Below are positions 17,193 to 26,440 of a stretch of DNA of 45,061 nucleotides, piece by piece; position 1 is the first letter of the stretch; each line of letters begins with the position of its first letter. The stretch is taken from contig JBDRMG010000022.1 of NCBI GenBank assembly GCA_043812495.1, forward strand, positions 1 to 45,061, written 5' to 3'. The DNA is from Candidatus Omnitrophota bacterium (GTDB lineage Bacteria; Omnitrophota; Gorgyraeia; Zapsychrales; JBDRMG01). The position numbers and the translations under genes are program-made. The notes below the pieces were generated by a model. The model had not been told where the DNA came from, made no database searches, and worked only from the letters and a program-made list of their open reading frames with translations.

Positions 17193-19358
17193 TTATGCGG
17201 ATTTTGAAAAGACTTCTTTATTGAGAGGAATGCCCCGCATCAAAAAGTCCTGATAGACAATGGGAATATAGCCGGTGGGTTTATAGGCGCCCAGAATGGC
17301 TCCGTCCTTATCGACGCCCGTCTGATCAAAAATAAAAATATCCTTGAGATCAAGTTCGGAAGTGCCCAGCATGCCGCACACCTCGGCGACGCCTGTGATT
17401 TTTCTGGAACCATCGGAGCAGCGCGAAATATGGACAATGATATCGATCGCGGAGGAAATCATTTCATACATCGCCCGCATAGGCAGCTCCACCCCGCTTA
17501 AAAGCATCATGGAGCTCATGCGGATCAAGACGTCGCGCGTGGAATTGGCATGCAGGGTGGTGAGCGACCCGTCGTGACCGGTATTCATGGCTTGGAGCAT
17601 ATCAAGGATTTCGGGCCCGCGGCACTCGCCGATGATAATGCGATCGGGCCGCATACGAAGGGAATTAATAAAAAGATCTCGGATGCTTACCGTGCCCCGT
17701 CCCTCAACATTGGGCGGACGTGATTCTAAGCGCCCCCAATGACTTTTTTTGAGCTTAAGTTCCGCGGCGTCTTCAATCGTGATAATGCGCTCTTCGTCGG
17801 GAATAAATTGAGAGATGACATTCAGAAGGGTTGTTTTTCCGGCGCCCGTACCCCCTGAGATAATCATGTTTTTGCGGCCCAAAACGCAGGCATGCAGGAA
17901 GTCCGCCATGGGTTGTGAAAGGCTTTTATGTTTTTCCAGCAGGTCTTCGATCGTCAGGCGATCTGTTCCGAACTTCCGAATGGTGAGCATGGGCCCGCCT
18001 AAAGACAAAGGCGGAATGATCGCGTTGATGCGGGATCCGTCGGGTAAGCGCGCATCGACCATCGGGACGGATTCATCGATGCGACGGCCTAGGGGCGCGA
18101 TGATGCGCTCAATCACCGAGCGGACCTGCTCGTTGGAGATAAACTTCTTGTTGGTCAAAAACATTTTTCCTCTTTTTTCGATATAGATCTCGTCTTTGTT
18201 GTTGACCATGATATCCGAGATTTCTTCGTCGGCCAACAGGTCTTCCAAAGGCCCCAGGCCAAGCGTCTCGTCGGTGATTTCCTTAACAAGCCGCGCGCGC
18301 TCTTCGTGAGCGGAAATCATGCCGCCGGCTTCTTCGGTCAGAAGGTTGCTCACGATCTTCTCTGTCATCGCCCGCAGGGCTTTGGCCTTGCTCGGGTCGC
18401 TCAAGGTCTCCGGGCTGACATGTCTTAACTCCAGCTTGGCGACGAGCTTATCGTGTATTCTTTTCTTGAGATTCCTCACCTCATCTACTTCGTCGCTTGC
18501 CGCGAGAATCTCCCGATGAGGCCCGACGGTTTCGTTAATGCCGAATTTGTGCCAGAAGTCTTCGGCCCCGGGTAAATCCCCGGTCGTTCTTAACTTGGCG
18601 ATTTCTGTGCCTTGAACAAAGATTTCTTCTTTGGATAAATCGAGGGCCAGTTTACGAAAGGCGTCGGTCACTCTGGATTTTGGGCTGTCCATGACGCAGG
18701 GGATTCCGCGATTTAAGGCCATGCCCACGGCCCGGCCGTCCGAGGGGATATGGGCAAATATTTCGCACGGTAACGCCGAACGCACCTCCTGCCAGGCCAC
18801 GCCTCCGCGGGATTCGGAACGATTCAGAATAAGCTTTACCATCTTTAAGGGAAAGTGAAGACTTTGCAAAACATCCAGGGTCCAGCGTGTTTGATAAACG
18901 GCCAGAATATCGGGCGTGGCCACAAGCAAAATCAGATTGGAATGATCGAAGATCGTAATTAACGTCTCGCTAAAGGCTTTCCCCACATCCAAGACGACAA
19001 AATCGTATCCGGCCGCGGCGCTTTTTAAAAACGGTTTGATATTATCCGCGGTGATATGGCCGATTTGGCGCGTGTGCGTCACCGCGGGCAGAAAACCCAA
19101 GCCGCATTCATGCGTCACGGCATGTTTTTTGATGAGATCGGGGTTGATGGTATTTTTAAGTTCAGGGAAAAGATCTACCACCGAATGCCTTGGGGCGACG
19201 TTGAGCATGCGGGCCATGTCTTGGCCGGCTTGAAAGTCCAAATCCACCAAAAGCACTTTTTGGCCGTTCAAGGCCAAGGCCACGGACAGGTTCACCGACG
19301 TGAATGTCTTTCCAACTCCACCTTTATTGCTAAAAACAGAGATCGTTTTTGATTTCAT
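17193..19358 (-). CDS. tadA: Fused CpaE/TadZ (MinD/ParA-like) - CpaF/TadA pilus assembly ATPase
   Basis: N-terminal SNKGGVGKT and VLLVDLD. C-terminal GLGPLEDLLAD, RRIDESVPMVDARLPDGSR, GGTGAGKTT, LRMRPDRIIIGECRG and AMNTGHDGS. Confidence 0.9.
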   Translation of the reverse strand: MKSKTISVFSNKGGVGKTFTSVNLSVALALNGQKVLLVDLDFQAGQDMARMLNVAPRHSVVDLFPELKNTINPDLIKKHAVTHECGLGFLPAVTHTRQIGHITADNIKPFLKSAAAGYDFVVLDVGKAFSETLITIFDHSNLILLVATPDILAVYQTRWTLDVLQSLHFPLKMVKLILNRSESRGGVAWQEVRSALPCEIFAHIPSDGRAVGMALNRGIPCVMDSPKSRVTDAFRKLALDLSKEEIFVQGTEIAKLRTTGDLPGAEDFWHKFGINETVGPHREILAASDEVDEVRNLKKRIHDKLVAKLELRHVSPETLSDPSKAKALRAMTEKIVSNLLTEEAGGMISAHEERARLVKEITDETLGLGPLEDLLADEEISDIMVNNKDEIYIEKRGKMFLTNKKFISNEQVRSVIERIIAPLGRRIDESVPMVDARLPDGSRINAIIPPLSLGGPMLTIRKFGTDRLTIEDLLEKHKSLSQPMADFLHACVLGRKNMIISGGTGAGKTTLLNVISQFIPDEERIITIEDAAELKLKKSHWGRLESRPPNVEGRGTVSIRDLFINSLRMRPDRIIIGECRGPEILDMLQAMNTGHDGSLTTLHANSTRDVLIRMSSMMLLSGVELPMRAMYEMISSAIDIIVHISRCSDGSRKITGVAEVCGMLGTSELDLKDIFIFDQTGVDKDGAILGAYKPTGYIPIVYQDFLMRGIPLNKEVFSKSA

Positions 19359-19359
19359 T

Positions 19360-19478
19360 TATTCTCCTTCGCCTTAATAATAGAAAAAGCTGGTATAGGC
19401 TTCGGAGAATATTCTACGAAGTTCTCCTTCGCCAAGGTTACGGAGAAATCCTTCGAAACTCGAAAGAGCGGAGAAGGA
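19360..19478. repeat. REP-like palindrome cluster
   Basis: ttctccttcgcc...ggcttcggagaa, ttctccttcgccaaggttacggagaa and tccttcgaaactcgaaagagcggagaagga. Confidence 0.6.
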
Positions 19479-19499
19479 CGAATACTATCGTTCTTAGTT

Positions 19500-21185
19500 C
19501 TAACGCGAAGTAGAAGAATCATTCGTTTCCAGACTATAGACAATAGGTATTGTCAAGGTTAGTTCCTGCAGACCTGCTTCGGTAGGAAAACCGTTGTAAG
19601 GGGCTAGCTCTTTGGCCAGTAAAAGCGCGTTTTGATTGAACACATCGTATCCGGAGGACTCGCGAATCGTAGCCGAGGCCAGAGTCCCGTCGTCAAAAAT
19701 GTGAAGGACTAATTTGACGGTGCCCTGCCAGCCGTAACGCCTGGCCTTTTCCGGATAGACAATGCGCTCGGCGATTTTTTGCTGAATAAGCCGCGCGTAA
19801 GGAACGATTTCTTGAGGCACATAGGTTTGCGTGGTGATGGCGCCCGCGCCAATAGATGAGAGGGACGGACCCGGACCCATAGCTTGAGGCTCTTGTCCTT
19901 TTTCTTGCGCAGGCTCGGCTTGGATTTGGCTAACGGAGACACCGTACTGATCGCTTGCGGGACGTTCTTCAGACTGTTTTAAAATCGTTGGTGTCAAGGT
20001 AATCACGAGCTCGGTGTCTGTATTGGCTGGAGTGGTTTTCTTTCTGAATAGCGCGCCGACGATCGGGATATCCGCGAAAAACGGGACCTTGGTCACGGTT
20101 GATCCCTCGTTGTGCTTGATGAGGCCGGCAATCACCACCGTCTGCCCGCTATCCATAATAATTTTTGTCTCTGTGCTGCGTGACGTAAAGGCCGGATTTC
20201 CGCCTATGCTATTGGCTAAATCAACATCGCTCACTTCAATGCGAAGATCAACGTTAATCTTATTATTTCCGCGAATGGTCGGTTTAATATTAAGACCCAC
20301 ACCATAATCCTTAAAGGTGACGTCGGTCGCCACATTACCGCCTGAGGTTGTCGTTGTTTCCGTAATCGGTATTTCGCCGCCCACGAGCAGATTGGCTTCC
20401 TGGCCGCTTGCCACAACGAGTTTAGGTTTTGAAAGAACGCGCCCCTTCCCTTCCTGAATAATCCCGCTCAGGGTCGCCAAAAGATCCGTCGTGCGTCGAA
20501 AGTCTCCCAACTTAAAAATATCATTGAAATTATCAATAATGCCCGAGGGACGCGTTTCGGAATAATTCAAAGCGCTCGTCCAGCCTACCCCCAGGGTGCT
20601 AAGGTACGTTCCGGTCAGCTCGGCAATCTGCGCGTCGATTTGGATGAGATCCATATCTTCCTTTTGCCGAATGAGATTGAGAATGCTACGGCTAAAAGGG
20701 GAAATGATGTCATTAAGTCTCTTGAGGTCTCCCTCCATCAAGGCGCCGGTTAAAATCAGCTTTCCTTCTGTTTTATTGATCTCCATGGATATGTTGGGGG
20801 CCTTGGCCTTGGCTAAGAGTTCCTGAATACGCGCCTTGACCGAATCGAGATCGTATTCCGTCACGCGAATGACAACCTTTCTTTTTCCGTACTTATCCCA
20901 GATAAATAGGGTCGTTTCTCCCGCGTTCTTGGCCATCATAAAAATAGAATCTTCATCCATGCGGACAATATCGGCTACGGAAGGATCCGTGATAGAAACT
21001 CTTTTGAGTTCATACGTATCAATTGTTTCCAGATCCCCTTTGAGCATATGAATTTCATCTTGCCCTGAGGGGATCATGTTCGCAGCCTGACAAAGAAAAG
21101 GCGCCAGGATAGAGCACGCCGCAAAGACAATGATAAGGAGTTTGGCAGTGAACGGATGAGAAAAGTATTTTAGACGGACAATCAT
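19500..21185 (-). CDS. rcpA: RcpA/CpaC secretin fused to a C-terminal TonB-C domain
   Basis: Pilus-formation N domain (RVSITDPSVADI...GETTLFIW). Secretin core (VLSKPKLVVASGQEANLLVGGEIP, KVPFFADIPIVGALF). Ends in YPEKARRYGWQGTVKLVLHIFDDG...SSGYDVFNQNAL. Confidence 0.85.
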   Translation of the reverse strand: MIVRLKYFSHPFTAKLLIIVFAACSILAPFLCQAANMIPSGQDEIHMLKGDLETIDTYELKRVSITDPSVADIVRMDEDSIFMMAKNAGETTLFIWDKYGKRKVVIRVTEYDLDSVKARIQELLAKAKAPNISMEINKTEGKLILTGALMEGDLKRLNDIISPFSRSILNLIRQKEDMDLIQIDAQIAELTGTYLSTLGVGWTSALNYSETRPSGIIDNFNDIFKLGDFRRTTDLLATLSGIIQEGKGRVLSKPKLVVASGQEANLLVGGEIPITETTTTSGGNVATDVTFKDYGVGLNIKPTIRGNNKINVDLRIEVSDVDLANSIGGNPAFTSRSTETKIIMDSGQTVVIAGLIKHNEGSTVTKVPFFADIPIVGALFRKKTTPANTDTELVITLTPTILKQSEERPASDQYGVSVSQIQAEPAQEKGQEPQAMGPGPSLSSIGAGAITTQTYVPQEIVPYARLIQQKIAERIVYPEKARRYGWQGTVKLVLHIFDDGTLASATIRESSGYDVFNQNALLLAKELAPYNGFPTEAGLQELTLTIPIVYSLETNDSSTSR

Positions 21186-21190
21186 GGATT

Positions 21191-22009
21191 TTAGAACCTG
21201 GCCCCCTTAAAGACTTCAATATCAGGTACAGGTTTGGATTTTGGCTTGGCCTTGGGCTCCTCTTTCTTTTCGTCTCCTATGATAGGAAATCCCTGTGTAT
21301 CCATAATGTAATCCGAAAGGGCCTTCCAGGTGGCGGCCTCCAGCATGTAGGCCTGAGAGTCCAAAGGAGAGCGCATCAACAGCTGCAGTTTTCCGCCGTG
21401 TTTTTTAACAAATGCGATAAGACTCGCTTCGTGAGGATTCAATGCGAGCGTGATATCCAAGGATTGCGTATTGACCTGACCCGGGGCTCGAAAACCTTTT
21501 TGCGTGTTTCCGTTAACGGATAAAACTTCGACGTTTTGAAACAGCGTAACAGAGACCAATTCCATTTTCTTCGTATTTTTAGGATCTGTGGGAACATCCA
21601 AATGAGTAATGATATCCACGGAATCTCCGGGCGTGACCATCCCGCCCACCGCCGATAAGGTATCCACGCGAACCGTAATGGCGCGTTTGGTTGTGGGCGT
21701 TTGACTCGCCAAAGGTGAATCCACAGGCCGTGCCCTGGGCGCTTCTGGCTGTTTTTGTTGTTGCGCAAGATAGCGGATGCGGTCATTCAGGTCCTGGGCT
21801 ATTTTTCGATTCTCTTGCTGCAAATAGCCCATTTCTTGCCGAACTTTGTCGAGCTCCTGTTTAGCAACACCGGTTAACTCGCTGGCCTTTTGATTAACAG
21901 AACTATTGATATAGGAGTTGGTTAAAACAACGGCTGCGAGACCGGCCGCCACCGCCGCAATGCCAACAGCTAACTTTTTTCGATCCATTGATTTGAAATC
22001 AATCGCCAT
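21191..22009 (-). CDS. cpaB: Flp pilus assembly protein CpaB/RcpC
   Basis: N-terminal TM. KRAITVRVDTLSAVGGMVTPGDSVDII, LFQNVEVLSV and ITLALNPHEA. Confidence 0.88.
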   Translation of the reverse strand: MAIDFKSMDRKKLAVGIAAVAAGLAAVVLTNSYINSSVNQKASELTGVAKQELDKVRQEMGYLQQENRKIAQDLNDRIRYLAQQQKQPEAPRARPVDSPLASQTPTTKRAITVRVDTLSAVGGMVTPGDSVDIITHLDVPTDPKNTKKMELVSVTLFQNVEVLSVNGNTQKGFRAPGQVNTQSLDITLALNPHEASLIAFVKKHGGKLQLLMRSPLDSQAYMLEAATWKALSDYIMDTQGFPIIGDEKKEEPKAKPKSKPVPDIEVFKGARF

Positions 22010-22019
22010 AGGTTGCCCT

Positions 22020-22946
22020 TTAATTCAAAAGATTTTCGTTCGTTTCGATTGTCGTTTTTCCCTTTAATTGCTCAATATAATCTAACACCGCCTGTTGTTG
22101 CCGAAGAAGCTGTAAGCCCGATTGGATGTCCTCGCGGACTTCCTCAAATCCTTTGGGCTCGCCTCCTTTTCTATCCTCCAGCTTGACAATATAATATCCG
22201 TCGGGTCCTTTGAAGACGCTGCTGATCCCGCCTACATCCAGCGGAACAACCGCATTGGCCATCTGAGGAAATTTAAATTCTTCGACATATCCCAAGTCGC
22301 CGCCGTCTTTGGCGCTGATGCTTTTTGAGCGCTCGCGGGCCGTGGTCGCAAAATCTGCGCCTTTCAAGAGTTCGATGAGGACCTCGTTGGCCTCGGCCTG
22401 CGCGGGAACAAGGATTTCGCGCAGACGCCATTGGCCGGCGTCCGCAAAGGCATTTTTGTTTTGATCGTAATACGCGAGGACGTCTCCGTCTGTGGCCCCG
22501 ATGCCTTCGGTGATTTTGCCGACAATCTCCTGCACCAACAGAGTCCGCCGAAATTCTTCAACGGCGCTTTTGATGTCCTTTTGCTGATCCAAACCCTGTC
22601 GCTCAGCCTCCTGAATAAGCAGTTGCTGCCGGATAAGCTCCTCGAGAATAAGATCTTTGGCCTCTTGGCTTTTCGTATTTAATTCCGGAATCGCTTCCGC
22701 TAAATCATCCAGGCGGGCATTAAATTCTTCGATCGTAATAGTCCATTTGCCGACGCGCGCAAGGGTGTTGGCTGTCATCGCGGAGTCCTGCTTTTGGAAA
22801 GACACGGGAGTTTCTTGTTTTGCCGGCTCTTTCTTATCCAGCGAAGGAAAGAAACGGCCCAGAAGCGCGGTGATTTGGTCGCATCCAGTAAAGGTTATAC
22901 TGATAAAACATAGAAATAACAAAAGACGGCCTGTTTTGTATTTCAT
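22020..22946 (-). CDS. PpiC/parvulin peptidyl-prolyl isomerase lipoprotein (PrsA/SurA-like foldase)
   Basis: Lipobox-like FTGC. SurA-N-like segment. GADFATTARERS..SAKDGGDLG and GYYIVKLED. Confidence 0.85.
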   Translation of the reverse strand: MKYKTGRLLLFLCFISITFTGCDQITALLGRFFPSLDKKEPAKQETPVSFQKQDSAMTANTLARVGKWTITIEEFNARLDDLAEAIPELNTKSQEAKDLILEELIRQQLLIQEAERQGLDQQKDIKSAVEEFRRTLLVQEIVGKITEGIGATDGDVLAYYDQNKNAFADAGQWRLREILVPAQAEANEVLIELLKGADFATTARERSKSISAKDGGDLGYVEEFKFPQMANAVVPLDVGGISSVFKGPDGYYIVKLEDRKGGEPKGFEEVREDIQSGLQLLRQQQAVLDYIEQLKGKTTIETNENLLN

Positions 22947-23000
22947 CGAATACGCTCCTTCGTTTTTTAATTTAATTCTGAGGATTAGTATTTATTTTGT

Positions 23001-23029
23001 ATTATAAACAGAAAAAAAAACTCATACAA
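23001..23029 (-). promoter_or_regulatory. Sigma70 promoter for the ppi-cpaB-rcpA-tadA operon with a 9-nt homopolymer in the spacer
   Basis: TTGTAT-17 bp-TATAAT. A9 tract at 23012-23020 on the + strand. Confidence 0.6.
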
Positions 23030-23105
23030 GATTTTTTATGACTATTTTTACCTCAATCAAAAAATTAGCGTTTTCTAACAATGATTTTTAATACATTTTC
23101 TAAAA

Positions 23106-24515
23106 TTATTCAGGACAAAACACCTGGCAAACATGTTCGCAGTCCGAAGGACACGAACAACACCCATTACCTTCGCCAGTTTCACAGTGACCGTTTCCGC
23201 ACAAAGAATAATTATACTCATCGCAGGGCGCCTTGTTGTGGACAATATATCCTTGCGCAATATATGTATGCAGCGGGTTGACTTCCAGATTATATACCTT
23301 CACATTTTTGCGGACTGTTTGAATGGAGCGCACGGTTTCGGTTATGCCTGTATCTCTCAGAAGGATATCGCCGATGGCAAGGGTGCCGGCTTCCTGCCAT
23401 TTTCCGTTCGCAAGAAGCGGATGATTGGCCGTTACCTTTAATGTTTCGTTAATCACCAAATATTCATACGCATCATGCTCAAAAACTTGGGTGACGCGAT
23501 CCGGCCTGGTTTCTTTTTTATCTTCGTTATAGGCCAAGACAGCGTCTCCTGTTTTTATTTTTTCAATGGGTACCTGTGAGCCGTCCGCCGTGGTAATCAA
23601 TGTTCCCTTTACAAAGCATGAACAGCCGGGCAACTCAGAACCACACGTACATAGATTATAATTCGGGTCGCTCGGCATAAAACCGTGCGTGCAATCGCCG
23701 CTCGTGGGATAACAGGGAGAGCCGCCGGTCACGACATGGCAACATCCGACCCCAGTCGTCGCGTCAAAATTCCATACACAACCTTTGCCTAAGTCCGCCA
23801 ACATGCAACACTCATTCGCGGTCTGAGCCCATCCACAACTGGGTATGGGACAGTGTTCTGAGGCCGGAGCAGGGTAAGCTTCCCCGCAATCGCATTTTCC
23901 GTTGATGTGATGCTGGGTACAGCAATCGGCAGGACAATTGCTGACGTTTTCGCAGTCGGGGTATGAACTGCACTTATCATCCCCGCACTCAGCGCAATCT
24001 TCGCAGCAGTTTTCCGTGTTCTCTCCCGGGCCGCACGTGCCGTCTGGGCAAGAGCCGCCCGGTGCTCCGCAATCAGGGTCGTCTTCGCAACAGTAATCAG
24101 GGCTTGCGGAATCTGTTTCGTTAACCATAACGCACGTGGACGGATCAAGGTGATTTAAGAAATAGCCGTCGCTGCAAAAGCCGCAGTCCATATTGCATTT
24201 GTGCTTGTCTTCAGTCTCTTTCTGCGTACAGCAGATACAATCGCCGCATGTGCCGCACTCTGCGCAGCAATAATCCGGGCTGCTGGGGTCTCCCTGGGGG
24301 CCGCTACAATCGCACGAAGAGGGCTCAGGCAAATCGCCTGTGTCCCCTTCTTCGATGTCTTCAGTCATGGAATCTTTCAGGGAATATTCTAGGCTCTTGA
24401 AGTGGGCATTGACCGCGCGAAACACATAAGGGCGCATCAAAACGATGCCGACGATCGCGAGGACGAGAATAGTGGTATATTCGATAATCGATTGGGCTTT
24501 TTTCGACAGGCGCAT
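23106..24515 (-). CDS. Pilin-like protein with Cys-rich repeats and an embedded Hint (intein-like) domain
   Basis: KKAQSIIEYTTILVLAIVGIVLM. Hint domain from C300 (CFVKGTLI) through TANHP to YNLEV...YIAQGYIVHN427. Confidence 0.85.
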   Translation of the reverse strand: MRLSKKAQSIIEYTTILVLAIVGIVLMRPYVFRAVNAHFKSLEYSLKDSMTEDIEEGDTGDLPEPSSCDCSGPQGDPSSPDYCCAECGTCGDCICCTQKETEDKHKCNMDCGFCSDGYFLNHLDPSTCVMVNETDSASPDYCCEDDPDCGAPGGSCPDGTCGPGENTENCCEDCAECGDDKCSSYPDCENVSNCPADCCTQHHINGKCDCGEAYPAPASEHCPIPSCGWAQTANECCMLADLGKGCVWNFDATTGVGCCHVVTGGSPCYPTSGDCTHGFMPSDPNYNLCTCGSELPGCSCFVKGTLITTADGSQVPIEKIKTGDAVLAYNEDKKETRPDRVTQVFEHDAYEYLVINETLKVTANHPLLANGKWQEAGTLAIGDILLRDTGITETVRSIQTVRKNVKVYNLEVNPLHTYIAQGYIVHNKAPCDEYNYSLCGNGHCETGEGNGCCSCPSDCEHVCQVFCPE

Positions 24516-24634
24516 CAGGAATCTCTTTCTATTTTAAGTCTATAACAAAGTGGTTAAAAAAACAACGGCAAAGTGATTGTTAGGGATATTTATTTTAAGC
24601 AACGTTTTTTCATCGGTTAGAAGAAAAAGGGCGT

Positions 24635-25795
24635 TTAAGTTTTGGTGTCTTTTGATGTTTTTGAAAGAATGGCTGGAAGCCGCCGGAAAACATCACCGGC
24701 CGGGATGATGTCAATATCGCCTTCCTTCATGAACCGTGTCCCTCCGTAAATTAAATAGGCGTTCGCCATGGGATAATCCTTCAGAAAGGCCCTTAATCCT
24801 CTGAGCAAGGAACCGGCATATCTGTGCGTTTGTTTAATTTCAAACGCCAATAGTCCTTTTTCGCCGTATACGACAAAATCCACCTCGGTATGGTCCGACG
24901 TTCTCCAATAATATATTTTATAATCCAAGTTAAGGGCGGCATTAAGGCCAATGAGCTCCTGAAAAAAAAGCGTTTTCAGGGCTACGCCTCCGATGTCTTC
25001 GGGTTTATCCAGCGGCCCCAGAGGCCGCAAAACCCGGTAAACGCCGGTATCGAAAAAATAAAACTTCGGATGGCGGATGAGGCGTCTTTTCGCTTTCTTG
25101 GCAAACACGGGGATCCGGTAAGCAATGAGCAGGTCTTCGAGAATCGTGAAGTAATTTTCCACGACTTTTCGCTCAACGGCGCACTCTCTGGCGACGGAAG
25201 AAATATTGATAACGCTTCCCTGAGAAAAACTGGCGGCTTCCAGAAACCTTGAAAAGGCTCCAAGGCTTCTTGTTAGGCCTTCCTGTCTTATTTCTTCCTC
25301 AAGATAGGTTTTCACGTAGCTTTCGAGGTAGGCCTTCGGGTCCGCCTCCGAATAGACGCAAGGAAGTTGTCCGAACTTCAATGAATGTTCGAGTTTAAAA
25401 TCCTTGCCCAGTTCACAGGCAGTGAGAGGATGCATAGAATAAGACAAGGCTCTGCCGGCTAGCAAATTCATGCCTTTTCTCCGGATTTTTCTTGCGCTGG
25501 AACCTGTCAAAACAAATTTGTATTTATCATTTTCAATGAGTCTATGCACCTCATGCAAAAGTTCCGGTATGCGCTGCACCTCATCGATGATGATCCAGTC
25601 CCTCCTCTCCCGTGGAATAAAGTTTTCCAGCCTTTGAGGATTCGCCATGAGATCATTGAAAAGCTCCGCTTCCAGCAGATCTAAATAAACGGCGGATGGA
25701 AAAGTTGATTTGACCCAAGTCGTTTTTCCCGTTCCACGCGGACCAAACAAAAATAAACTTTTTCCTTCGGGAGGCTTTAGCAATCTGGAATACAT
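24635..25795 (-). CDS. AAA+ ATPase with DUF4143 domain
   Basis: GPRGTGKTT, IIIDEVQ, LTGSSA, LAGRA, KFYFFDTG and EVDFV..FEIK. Confidence 0.88.
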   Translation of the reverse strand: MYSRLLKPPEGKSLFLFGPRGTGKTTWVKSTFPSAVYLDLLEAELFNDLMANPQRLENFIPRERRDWIIIDEVQRIPELLHEVHRLIENDKYKFVLTGSSARKIRRKGMNLLAGRALSYSMHPLTACELGKDFKLEHSLKFGQLPCVYSEADPKAYLESYVKTYLEEEIRQEGLTRSLGAFSRFLEAASFSQGSVINISSVARECAVERKVVENYFTILEDLLIAYRIPVFAKKAKRRLIRHPKFYFFDTGVYRVLRPLGPLDKPEDIGGVALKTLFFQELIGLNAALNLDYKIYYWRTSDHTEVDFVVYGEKGLLAFEIKQTHRYAGSLLRGLRAFLKDYPMANAYLIYGGTRFMKEGDIDIIPAGDVFRRLPAILSKTSKDTKT

Positions 25796-25872
25796 AACTC
25801 CATTTTACAGATATTTTTGGAGTTTTCAAGTAAAATTTTACATAAATTTCAACACAAAGGAATGGCGAAGAG

Positions 25873-26244
25873 TTAGTCCCGCATCAGTTCGCGGGCTTCT
25901 TCGAGAAGATGGTCGCTTTGAACAGGTTTGATGATAATTTTATCAAACCCGAAGTGCTGCATTTTCTGGGCCTGGTTTTTGGTGAGGACCCCGGTGATCA
26001 TGATCATTTTGGATTTTTTGAGGTCTTCTTTTTCTTTGATGAGGCGGCAGATATCCACACCGCTTAAATCATCCAAAAGATAATAGTCCAGAATTACAAG
26101 ATCAGGATGGTATTTCTCGGCGAGCTGGCGGGCTTGCTGGGCGCCGGCGGCGCAAAAGACCTTATGGCCTTCTTTTTCGAAAATTTCCTTGAATCCGAAG
26201 CGAATGGTTTCGTCGTCATCGACGATCAAAATTTTTTTGGCCAT
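25873..26244 (-). CDS. Single-domain response regulator receiver
   Basis: KILIVDDD, PDLVILD, MITG and KP. GGAGG precedes the ATG at 26244. Confidence 0.88.
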   Translation of the reverse strand: MAKKILIVDDDETIRFGFKEIFEKEGHKVFCAAGAQQARQLAEKYHPDLVILDYYLLDDLSGVDICRLIKEKEDLKKSKMIMITGVLTKNQAQKMQHFGFDKIIIKPVQSDHLLEEARELMRD

Positions 26245-26304
26245 CGCGGCCTCCCGTGGCAAATGTTCTATCTGATGAAAAAGTATTTTTTGTATTTGTT
26301 TGAT

Positions 26305-26351
26305 TCCCCGCCCGCCAATGAATTGATAGCGGGCGGGGTTAATTCGGCCAG
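26305..26351. repeat. REP-like element, copy 1
   Basis: ccccgcccgc...gcgggcggggttaattcggccag. Near-identical inverted copy at 38606-38653. Confidence 0.8.
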
Positions 26352-26406
26352 CAACTTACGTCATACCGCTTTTGAATGGATTTCCGTAAGTTGCGGCCTC
26401 ATTAAA

Positions 26407-26436
26407 AGTATAGTCCTTAATCACCCTTTCTGTCAA
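26407..26436 (-). promoter_or_regulatory. Putative sigma70 promoter for the receiver gene
   Basis: TTGACA-18 bp-TATACT. Confidence 0.55.
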
Positions 26437-26440
26437 CCGT

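Noticed and set aside
23235..23618. Canonical homing-endonuclease intein
   Set aside because: Only 128 aa with no LAGLIDADG/HNH insert, and the +1 residue is Lys. Treated as a BIL-type Hint domain.
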